A model generated the notes under the pieces. It saw nothing but the letters and a program-made list of their open reading frames with translations, had not been told where the DNA came from and searched no databases. Shown here piece by piece: positions 29,498-41,595 of a DNA stretch of 43,317 nt; position 1 is the first letter of the stretch, and each line of letters begins with the position of its first letter. The translations under genes and the position numbers were made by a program. The stretch is from Cercozoa sp. M6MM (lineage: Eukaryota; Protista; Endomyxa: Ascetosporea): NCBI GenBank assembly GCA_040357565.1, contig JBDODJ010000091.1; one strand, 5' to 3'.

Positions 29498-30957
29498 TCA
29501 TCTAAACTCCTGCCCGTCGAGGTCCTCGTCAGACTCCGAGAGGAAGGACTGTGAGAGCAGAGGCGTCGCTTCCTGCACTGCATCGTCTTCATCGTCGAGT
29601 GCCATGCCGGTGTTGATCTTGATGTGGTCGCTCTCGTCTTGCTGGACTGCATCCAAACAAAGCAGTGGATGGACTGAGACTGAGTGTGTCAAAACAGTGT
29701 GCTCACAATCTACCTCTACGACGTCGCTGTAGGATCGCGAGCCCACACAACAACAGCGACATCACCGACACCTGGATAAGGAACGCCGGCGTGAGGATGC
29801 GCCCGTTCTCGCCTGCGCAATGAGTCAGTCAGTGAGACAACTTGAGAAAAAAGGCAAATGAAAAAACGCACCGCCAACGTGAGCGAGCATTGCGCCAGCC
29901 GACACCGAACTGCGCACACGAACAAAAAACACAACAACATGCGGACAAAAGAACACTCCCCAACAAGGTCAACAGGGGTGATTTTACACATAGGCATACG
30001 GCGCCACTCCAAGACACATACTTGAGGCGAACAATAGGATCGGCACCTCCAGACTATGCAAGCAAAACAAGCACATCAATTTACCAAGACATTGTGTCAT
30101 GTGCGACAACGAGAAAAGAACGCTACAGAGGCAACAGGACGTTTAACAAGGCATGTGGTGTCACTGGAAGCAACCTGAGCGACAACAGGAGCAACCACAA
30201 CTCGGATTTGACGGACGTTGTGGTAGACACGCCACTTTCAATGTCTCGCCGCTGCTTTGGCTTTGGAAGCATCTGCCGTACAATATACAACAAACCCGAT
30301 ATTTAACTGCCTCAAACACTGACACGAGTCTGTGAAGTTTATACCTCGCGAAGTCGATTTAGTTCACCTGTGCAGCGGCCTGACAGCAGCATGGCTCCGT
30401 ATCGCTGCGATAGTGCGTAGGCACAGCAGGACCCCAGCGTCGCCAGTATGGTTGAAAGTGCAAAGCCTCGCACTGTTCCATACTGCCAAAAATAAAAACA
30501 AAAGGTATCTATCACATTATGAAACACAAAGTGGCGAACCTACCAAAGCACCTGCAGTTACGTTGAGCAACGTGCTACCAGGAACTGAGAAGGCCTGCTT
30601 AAACAGAAACGCCGTGCTGAAGGTCAAGAGCGCCACTGCAAGGGGAATCCAATAAAAAAGAAGCAGCCTGCTTTAAGCGAAAAATATGTACTGATGGGCT
30701 GCTTCCTGCGCACCTCTGCCATACTGGCACTCGTTTCCTTCAACTCATCCAGGTTGTGCGGCATCGAAAACGAGACGCCGCTGTCGCGAAAGTCTCGGCA
30801 TGACTGAGATGGACAATCGATGTCTTAGCAAATTATTGTACCTTCGCGAAATTGTTGTGCGAAGTAGAACAAGCACCACCGCTCCAGTTAGCAGAAAGAT
30901 GCCGATAATCGACAGCAACGCGCGCCTCTCAACGTTGCCGGACGATGACGACAACAT
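29498..30957 (-). CDS. TMEM41/TVP38/DedA (VTT-domain) membrane protein, multi-exon
   Basis: MPHNLDELK, FLFKQAFSVPGSTLLNVTAGAL, LATLGSCCAYALS and LLSLRLLPVTPHALLNV are TMEM41-type motifs; acidic C-tail; TGA at 29498-29500. Confidence 0.85.
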
Positions 30958-31432
30958 CTGATGCTGATCAGCGCGCACACACTGCGTGGACAGCACGTGG
31001 CACAACAACTGACACCAGGGTGAGCACGCTACAGTCGCTGTACAGTATTAGTTGTTTAAGCGCCTGCATTGGGATGATCAATCTCGATCGCGTGATGCAG
31101 CTTCGCCGATGGCAAAAAATGGACAGTGTCTGACAAAGTCCCAACACTGTACCCAGCAGCTTTAACCTAATGCTAGGTTTTAGTGTGTGCTTATACCAAC
31201 TTGCATTGCTGAGTTTTTCTAATTTCGAATTTAGTTAACCCAGTACACGACGATGAGCCCTGTTTTGTTGTGCCAGTGTGTGGTTTTTCTGGCTCGAGTA
31301 CGTGGCTTTCCGAGGTTACGAGCGGGTTTAAAACGTTAAGAACCATCTAAGTATGGACCTATAAACAGCTTTTAATGTCTCGAAGATCGGGCGGAATGGG
31401 CGGCGTTTTGGCACGTATTTTTTCTTCCAGTT

Positions 31433-31505
31433 GGTCGCGTAGCTCAGTCGGCAGAGCGTTGGTCTAATATGCCAACGGTCCTGGGTTCGCGCCCCAGCGT
31501 GACCA
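31433..31505 (+). tRNA. tRNA-Ile(AAT), no intron, atypical T-loop
   Basis: Acceptor GGTCGCG/CGTGACC, D-arm GCTC/GAGC, anticodon arm TTGGT-CTAATAT-GCCAA, T-arm CTGGG-TTCGCGC-CCCAG, then a T5 Pol III terminator. Confidence 0.9.
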
Positions 31506-32433
31506 CTTTTTAGAGCTACCGTGTATGGCCCGTCGCTTCACTGCGAGTAGGAGCGGCTCGCTGCCACTCTGCGAGCTTATCCACAGAAATGATGAGATCA
31601 ATAAGTGTTCGTCCTTGCAAATTAGTGGACCAGCGTAAGAGGTGCCATCAGCGGTCGAAAAATACTGCCACGCGTCTGCAATGCACACGGCTCCATCATG
31701 CAGGCGAAAGGCAATTGAGAATGTGTCTGTGTGCTGTAGTAAAAAAGTAATCTGGTTGACGATTCGCTATTTTCGATGCTTTGCAGCGTTCTCGCAGCGG
31801 GTGAATCTCGTCAAACAGTTCAAGAACGTTGGACACTGTGCCAAAACCACTATCACCAAACAGGCGAGCCTGCGTCACGTATAAATGTCAGTGGAAGAAC
31901 AGATTGTCACATGGAAAGGCGAAGTGCCTTGCCTGTGGGTCTTGCAAGACGTCGAGCTATCCGAGCCGCGAATCCCAGCACCGGCGGACGCTTCGAGAAA
32001 TTTTAAGTGCTCCGTCCCCGAAGAGAAAATGTAACAATTCTTCTTTCAGCGACTTCGTGGCGTTTTTACCATGATTAAAGCCACTACCACTAATGTGTGC
32101 ACTGCATCAGTACTAACTAACAGAGAAAACTACAACGGCAGAAAGCCAACTACACTTGAGACCGCGTTTCCCGCTCTCTAAAGCTCAGGTACTGTGCTAA
32201 TGTGTATTATACCAGTACTGAGCTTATTATAAATTCTAATAATTCACTCTGAAACAAAGGGAGGTCCAAAAAGTACTGTGATGTTTCACATTTGTGTGTG
32301 TTTTGCTCAGGATTTCTGATTTCCTGTTTCGATCGAATTTAAGGGGGCATTTTCACAGGAATCGTGAACAACCGCGACAGCATCTGCAGCTAAGAGGCAA
32401 CCAGACGAGTTATCTCACAGCGACACACACACA

Positions 32434-32905
32434 ATGCGGGGGTTCCGGGCATTCTCGCGCGCTACGCGCCACAGTCAGAAGTTTGCGTTCCGCGCGCGCA
32501 TGGCGGCGCCACTCAGCGTGGCCACCTCCACGCTCTCCAGGTGCACTATTTTAGGGTGTTCCGTATTGTTTGTCTGTTCTGGGAGATTAATCTGTTTTTT
32601 TGGGGCTTGGGTCAGTCGTCATGTTTTCGTGTTTGTCTAGGTCTTCGTGCTCGTTGACGATGTCGTTGGTGGACGCCGACGCGTCGTTGATGCTCGTTGG
32701 CGAGGAGGATGACGACGGTGGGTCGTAGTTAGCTACAGGCATTGTCCTCTCATTATTGACTTTGCCCGCGCTCTGTTGTTTGGTTGTTTGCTTTTTGCCT
32801 TGCCGTTTTGCTGTTTTGTTTTGTTGCTCTTTGGGTCTGTGTTGTTGTTGTTGTTTTCTTTGTTGATCGTACGTTGTGTGTGTTTGCGCGCTCGTAGGTT
32901 CCTGA
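32434..32905 (+). CDS. ~63-aa microprotein with Arg/Ser/Ala-rich presequence-like N-terminus and acidic EEDDDG(S) end
   Basis: Exons 32434-32540, 32641-32717 and 32898-32905 join in frame by GT-AG; retaining the last intron ends DDDGGS at 32728. Confidence 0.6.
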
Positions 32906-33423
32906 GCCCCCTCAATGTGACTGACTTTGTGTGTGTTTTGCGCAGCATCAAAAATAAGTTGAGTCGACGATCACGTAGCATGCATACAATGATTGACAAC
33001 TGACTGTCCTCGCGATTGGTCGACTCGCAAGATTTTATTATTTTCTATTTTTTTACGGGATATCAGTCAGTACCCGACCGACTCCCAAGGGTAGATAGAG
33101 CGCACTATCATCGTTCGATCATGTCAGCGATTAACATGTGCACAGCAACGCAACTCAAATGATCGTCTCGCTCCGGCAACCGAAAAACGTGTGAGTGTCA
33201 TGCTTGGACATTTAAATCGCGAGGAGCACCAGCAGTGCTCGTATAGTGCAGTAACGTGCGTGCATCATGAGTTACGCACAGTTGTACATCGATCGCCCTC
33301 AAGGGCCTCGCCGGTGCAATACTAGTTTTTTGTCTCGCGTGTTGTTTTTGCTGTTGTTTTTCTCACCTCTGCCTGCCTCTGCCTGGCAATCCCAATCGCG
33401 GATGATAGTTTATCTCTTATAGC

Positions 33424-34340
33424 ATGCTGGGCGAAGACGACAACGAGGAGCCCGAGCCGCGAGAGTTCAAGCGTTCGCGACTTCGCATCGTTGGGGCACG
33501 TACATTGAACTGGCAACACAAGTAGGCATGAGTGAATGAGGTGAAAAATGCGCGTGCATGGGACAGGTCTGTCCAACGACGACAAAGGCGACTACGTGAC
33601 CTACCTGATCGAAGCCACACCGGCCGGTGGCGAGGTCAACTGCGTCGCCCGACGCTTCAGCGAGTTTGTCGAGGCACGCGAGGTGTGTGCCTGTGTGTCT
33701 GTGTGTCTGTGTGTCTGTGTCTGTGTGTCTGTGTCTGTGTGTGTGTGTGTCTGTGTGTCTGTGTGTGTACATGTGTGTGTCTGGAGACTGCTGATATCCA
33801 TCGACTTGGGTGTGCTATGTCAGGGAGCACTGTCGGAGTTGAAGTCAGCGTCATGTGGACTGCCGCCGTTGCCTGCAAAAACAGTGCGTCGTTGTTTTTT
33901 CGTTGTTATTTTGTGTGGCTATTTTGTGTGGTTTTTGTGTTGTTATTTTGTGTGGTTATTTTGTGTTGTTATTTTGTGTTGTTATTTTGTGTTGTTATTT
34001 TGTGTGGTTTTTTTGTGTTGTTATTTTGTGTGGTTATTTTGTGTGGTTTTTTTGTGTTGTTATTTTGTGTGGTTATTTTGTGTTGTTATTTTGTGTTGTT
34101 ATTTGTGGCTGTGCGCAGGTGATTCGTTTCACCGACGATGCCTTCGTGTCGCTGCGCTGTAAGCAGCTGCAGAAGTGGCTGGGTACTCCGCTGTCCTGTC
34201 ACCTCGGCCCTCTTGGCGGTAGCTTCCTTGCGACATGTAAGCCTTGGGTCCCCTTGTAGACGCCGTGCAGGTGCACACGGATGTCTTGCGTACCAGTGCG
34301 ATGCGGCAGTTCCTTTCCTTGCCCGAATCCTCCGAGGGTA

Positions 34341-34389
<49 letters not shown>

Positions 34390-34399
34390 NNNNNNNNNN

Positions 34400-34452
<53 letters not shown>

Positions 34453-36819
34453 CCCTTAACCCGCTGCCCCACCCGTATACCCTTTGGCAGAGGGACCGCT
34501 GTTGACGCCGCTGTTTGCACTGGCTGCCAAGGAGACCGATCCCGACCTGGCTGCGCTTGGTGTGTTCTGTTGGGAGGGGGTATGGGGGAGGGGTATAAGG
34601 GTATCGGGGTATGGGGGTATGGGGGGCTACAGACTGATGTACCCGTGTGTAGGCGAGCTGCGACACTGCGCTCTCACGACGTCGCGTGGCGCAGCGGCTA
34701 CGCGCGTGCGCTGCCTCTTCTCGCTGACGCTGAAGGAGACACGCGGCGCTCTCTCGGGCGCCTTTGCGCTCCACGACGACCTCTAGTACTTCTTTACCCC
34801 CATCTTACCCCCCTCCCCCTGTCGTAAGACCTTACCTCCACCCGGGGTAGTGTGATGTGCACGGGCGTAAACACGAGCGGTCGCAAGTTGGACCGCTTCC
34901 TGTCGGGTTTGTTCAGCGACAGTCCTGTCGCACTCGGACACGTCGTGCTGCTGCGCTATGGTGCCGTTTTGCGTTTATATATGTCTATGTATACATCCGT
35001 ATATGTATGTGTCTATATTGTTACACATGTATATATATATATATATATATATTTATATGTATATGTGTATATTTGTGTATGTATATGTGTAGTATATGTA
35101 TGTAAAACATAACATATACACATATACATATGCATATGCACAGATGGCGAGCACCTGCAGCGTGTCACTCAGATTGGTCTGGATGCCGAGATCTTCGCAT
35201 GTAGCTTTACCTTCCCCCTCCCTGTCTCTACTCCTTCCCCCTTACCCCTCGTCCATCCTCGTACCTTGTGTAGCGACATACCACGCCTCGTCGCGCTGCG
35301 TGTATCTCGCGTGTGCCGACGGCACCGTGCGCGTGGTCTCTTGTTTGACCCTGACCTCTGAGCCCTGACCCTTGACCCTTGACCCTTGCACCCCTGACCC
35401 GGTAGGTGCGTGTCACGGAGGAAGAAACGGCGCCGCTGCGTGTCTCGCTCACGCTGCGTTTCTTCGACAAAAACGCCGTCGCTGTCGACGTCGTCGATGA
35501 CGGTACTTTTGTCCTTCTGTACCTCCTACCCCACCCTTTCAACCCTTGCCCCTACCTTCTACTCTACCCTGCCCTTTGTTCCCCTTACCCTTTACCCCTG
35601 CCCTTTACTCTTTACCCCTCCCCTCTACCGCTCAGGCATCGATGCTGACGGCGAGGAAGGTTTCCGAGTCGTTGCTGTCTCCGACGTAGGCCCATATATA
35701 TATATATATATATATATAATCCTATTGTATATTTGTCTGTATATTCATATAAATATGGATTCATTATATATATATATATATTTTTTTGTGCATTTGTACA
35801 TTTATATGTGTATATGTAATATATTATTATTATTTTATGCACATATGTACGCACAGAGGTATGTGTGTGAGAGCAGAAGGGCGTGTGCGCACACGTGCGA
35901 GTGCCGGCACCGCTGCTGCGAACGGCGCCGCCGAACACGTCGCTCACGGCCTCGTGTCGCGAGGCCTTGTCACCGGCCTACCTGACTTCCATGGTGTCTT
36001 TTATTCTTACCCCTACCCTACTTACCCTCCCCTACCCTACCCTACCCTCCCCTACCCCTACGCCTTACCACCATCATTCCTACTGTGTTGACAGCAACTG
36101 CTACCACCAGCGACAGAGGAGCACTGTGCCTGGGTACTGGCCGGCGCCGTCAACTGCCGCGCACTCGTGGCCGAGCTGCACCGAGGCGACACTCTCACCG
36201 TCGGTATTCATACCTCCCTTGTCCCCTTGTCCCTCTACCCTTGTCCCTTGTCCCCTTGTCCCTCTCCCCTTGTCCCTTGTCCCCTTGTCCATGTGTATCC
36301 GAGGTAACACCGTGTGCGAGTAGCTGAGTTGAGACGTGCTGGCGAGGACACTGGCGGAACGTATTCTCTCTATTCAACTATATGTATATATATATATGTC
36401 CGGTGTATGCGGCAGAGTGAGAGCAGTGGCCGGTGTCAACGGCGTCTATGGCGTCGGCACCGAGGCCAGCGTGGTTGCCGGCTTTAGCGACGGCGTCGTG
36501 TGCCACTTCTCCGTGGACCGGTGCGTCTCCTGAACTTTCCTTCCTCCAGTTTTACCTTCCTACTGGCCCACCTTCCTGCCCGATTCTCCTGGTCTATGCA
36601 GCGACCGCGGTGATGACTGGTTCCTCGAGCACGATTACACGAGTACTTCAACCCCTCCCTCCCGACACAGACCAGTCTGTGTGCAGGTGTACCTTATTCT
36701 TATTGCTGTTGCCTCAGACGGCAGCTCATCGCCCGTGACGGCACTGGCCGTGTCTTCGTGCGGCCGCTTCATTGCTGCCGGTGCTCTAGCTTCCACTATA
36801 TCCACCGCACATGTCCGCG

Positions 36820-36869
<50 letters not shown>

Positions 36870-36879
36870 NNNNNNNNNN

Positions 36880-36928
<49 letters not shown>

Positions 36929-37097
36929 AGGTGACATGCAAGGCACACTGTGCCTGATCGACACGCACCCGCTGGTGCGGGAGACCGTGGCCACGTGGCC
37001 AGCGCACACCAAGGACGTCACGCGACTCTCCTTCGCCGTCACTGCCGCCGATCGGCCGCTCCTGCTGTCCACCAGTGGTACTCGCACTCTGTCCCTA

Positions 37098-37143
<46 letters not shown>

Positions 37144-37194
37144 GCTGATGGAGGTGCACGCGCCTGGGCCCTTGATCTCCAGCTGGAATACTAG
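33424..37194 (+). CDS. PX-domain + WD40-repeat protein, many exons
   Basis: PX motifs YVTYLIE, VARRFSEF, LPPLPAK, FVSLRCKQLQKWL, MRQFLS; WD40-like VYLACADGTVR, VVAGFSDGVV, PVTALAVSSCGRFIAA, AHTKDVTRL, STSADGGARAW; TAG 37194. Confidence 0.82.
33896..34105. repeat. Intronic minisatellite, ~13-nt unit TTTTGTGT(T/G)GTTA, roughly 15 imperfect copies
   Basis: Direct reading; fills one intron of the PX-WD40 gene. Confidence 0.85.
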
Positions 37195-37404
37195 TTACAG
37201 ATTATGCAGTCTCCGCTATGATTGAAGCAAAAAGAGAAAGAAGGGCTTTTTTAGATCGTCTCACGATTTTCACCGTGGGAAGATTCCATCTACAACTCCG
37301 TCTAGTTTGACGTAAATTCGCTTCCACAAACAGATTCATTTGATTCCCTCGCTTCGGCTTACTCTGTTCTTTTCACTGACAACCGTCAGTAACAACTTAC
37401 GGTA

Positions 37405-37502
37405 CCGAGTCAGTTCAGTCTGCGAAGAAACCACCTTTAGTACCGGCCCTGAGTGAGGGTCACAATGTCCATCGGCTGCTTTGGGTGGGGCCATCAACTT
37501 CT
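37405..37502 (+). repeat. Dispersed structured non-coding element, copy B (more diverged)
   Basis: AGTTCAGTC..AAGAAACCA..GTACC-GGCCCTG..GGTCACA..GGGGCCATCAACT, colinear with copy A. Confidence 0.55.
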
Positions 37503-37647
37503 ATGCCGTACTGTGTTAGACTTAGTTATTAATGATTCCCCACGCAGGCAACCCGTAGGATGATAATGATGTCAGTAGAGTTGACTATGTACAAGCGAAA
37601 AACCTGTTGGCAGCTTTACAATTGTCGTCGGGGTGAGCGACGGGCGC

Positions 37648-39014
<1,367 letters not shown>

Positions 39015-39213
39015 TGTTATGCCTGTGTGTTTGATACAAACAACAAAAAAGATGTGTGAGAGGGGGCAACTCGCTGCAAAGCGCGTGCCTTTGCAAAGCG
39101 CGTGTCGTTCTGCACCCTTCTTTTTTCTCTGCGTATTGTACATTAAGCCCACTTTTATTCACTAAGATCTGTTGAAAGCAAACCTTAAGCCGTGTTGAAC
39201 ACTACGAAACGCT

Positions 39214-40408
39214 ATGATACGCTGTTGTGTTCCAGGGTGGGGTTTCGGCTCGTCGAGAACTTGATGCATCAAGCATGGCATTGGCAGCCAATAGGCCCTG
39301 CACTGTTGTTCACGAGTGTTCGTATACCAAAGCATGCTGTTGTTGGCGCTGCTCTCAGCGTTGGCTGCCCTTGCGCAGGGCGAAAAGATCGTCTACGATG
39401 TGGTATCAAATGACTCAAATAGACACGGTCCACCTACTGTCTTGTAGGCAACGGTTTGTGCCTCGCCGTGTTGCTGGTACTGTACACTTGGTGTGTGTCC
39501 ACTCTTTGAAACGTGACAGAGATATGAGGCGTGTCTGCAGTTTCTACGACAACCTGCTGACGACCGAGTTCGAAAGAGACGGCGCCCGTGGTCTGCACAT
39601 CGAGTCGGCGCAGTCGGGCGAAGGTTAGCGTCGCTGCTTTTTGTCCTTCCTTTCTATGTGTAAGTGCTTAATAGCCTGCGAGGGCCTGCTTAAATTCTCG
39701 CACGACGTGGTTCCCTACCCGGTAGGTTCTTGTCTGTTGGTTACTGTATGGCTAGGTCGACCGTCGTTGTGTGTTGCAGCAAGGCGATGTCTTTGAAGTC
39801 GAGCGTGCCGAGAATGACTTTGTAGGCCTCTTGTTGTTGTTGTTGCTGTTACTGTTGCTGTTGTTGGACACCTGTATCTTGTATGGTGTTGGCTTGAGTT
39901 GCAGTTGCGTTTCGAGTGGCGCAACTCGCGCAAGCAGCTCGTGGCCTACAAGGTCCAATGTTACCTGTCTGTGTCTGTGTGTCTGTGTCTGTGTGTCTGT
40001 GTGTCTGTGTCTGTGTCTGTGTCTGTGTGTCTGTGTCTGTGTGTCTGTGTCTGTGTGTCTGTGTGTCTGTGCCTGTGTGTGTGCCGTCGTTCTGTGCATG
40101 TGTGCATGTGTGCATGTGTGCATGTGTGCAGATCAAGGCACTGGGCGACGATGACGACGTGCCAGACAACAAGAAGACCTGTCTCATCGTGGGCCACCGC
40201 ACGGCACCGGTGACCGCCCTGGTGGTGCTGCTGTCGTCGCTCGTTGCCGCTGCTGCCACCGTTTTCCTTTCGCTCCGCTGGTCCTGACCTGACAACCTTC
40301 CTGTCTCTGACTCTTGCTGACTGACTCTTTCCCGTGCTGTTCCCACAGGTGCAAGAACGACGCCAACCGCAACGCTGACGCGCTGCTCTCCTACGACGAC
40401 GCATAATT
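39214..40408 (+). CDS. Hypothetical protein, small multi-exon gene
   Basis: GT-AG-joined exons GEKIVYDV|[10 protein letters not shown]|[14 protein letters not shown]...|[13 protein letters not shown]|[16 protein letters not shown]|IKALGDDDD...|[21 protein letters not shown]; start not resolved. Confidence 0.55.
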
Positions 40409-41160
40409 AGTTCGTTCGTTTGTTCGTTCATGTCGGTCTCAGTTTAATTTCCCGCGCCGGCTCCTTGTCTGTGTGGCTCTAAGTGATATCCGAAGTGTGT
40501 TAGAGGCATTGGTGCCTACGCGCGGAGCTCGCCAAGTCTTCTGTCAACGCATTGCGCCCAAGGTTGTCCATGCCCCAGTAGACGTGCATGGAGAGGTAGA
40601 CGCCTGCAGGAGGGAGCCCGAGACCAAGCCATTTCTTAATAGAATGACTCCCGCGCCTCCGCTTCGGCCTCGTCTGACGCTGCTTTCTAAACACCGACAT
40701 AGACTTTTATGTCGAGATAGAGACTAAAGAACTAAATTCCCGCGCCAACCGTTTCGTTTACCACTGCCAACCTGCCGTGGTGAGGCGTATGGTGCCTGCC
40801 CGATCATGATGCCGACCTGACTGCCAGGGAAACTGAAGCAACCCAAACGAAACAAAAACAACCCCCCCATCGCACGCACAAAAAAAAAAAACCACAAGTG
40901 CAACAAAAAAGAGGTCGAAAAAATTATTTGGTCACCAAAAGATAGAATTTGCACGTAATCTTTCGATCGCAACGAAAAGGCATCCCCTGGTGTTAGATCG
41001 CGTGAAATAGTGCTGCACAGGGAGCTGCGCACATTAACACTGCCTGACAGGAGTGGTCTGCGTTTCTGAATACTCTGTTTTTCCGAGAGTGAAATAATAC
41101 GATGTCGTGTGTCGTCTGTACATGTGCAGGTCGCCAGGTGCGTGTGCCTGAAACACAGGC

Positions 41161-41559
41161 ATGTCCTTTACGGACAGGGTGCTTCGATACCCTCTGAAAC
41201 GACTGTATAAATTCGCCCTGAAGCGAACTGTACGAATTGAACTCTCGCTTTTCCGTATGCACACCTAAGCTTTGTGTGCTTTGTGTCTTCCAGGTGGGCC
41301 ATTTTCTCAAGCGCGAGTTGCAACTGGACCAACTGGACTTTCAGCTCAATGGCGGCATTGTATGTTTCGTGCTCATTCCGCACATCAAACAGTCCAGATA
41401 GATAAATCTTGGCATGCTGCCCCCAGGCAAAGGTGACGTTGCACAACCTCGAGTTTGCACCCGACGTGTTGAACCGAGAGTTGCTGGGTGCGACACCAGT
41501 CAAAGTGCGCGCTGCCTCCATTGCGGTAGACTAGTCCACCTGTGACCCTTTATATATCA

Positions 41560-41595
<36 letters not shown>

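Noticed and set aside
33231-33325. Possible initiator tRNA-Met (starts AGCAG, contains CAT)
   Set aside because: No acceptor stem or T-arm can be formed.
33896-34105. CRISPR-like array
   Set aside because: Contiguous tandem units without unique spacers, inside a eukaryotic intron.
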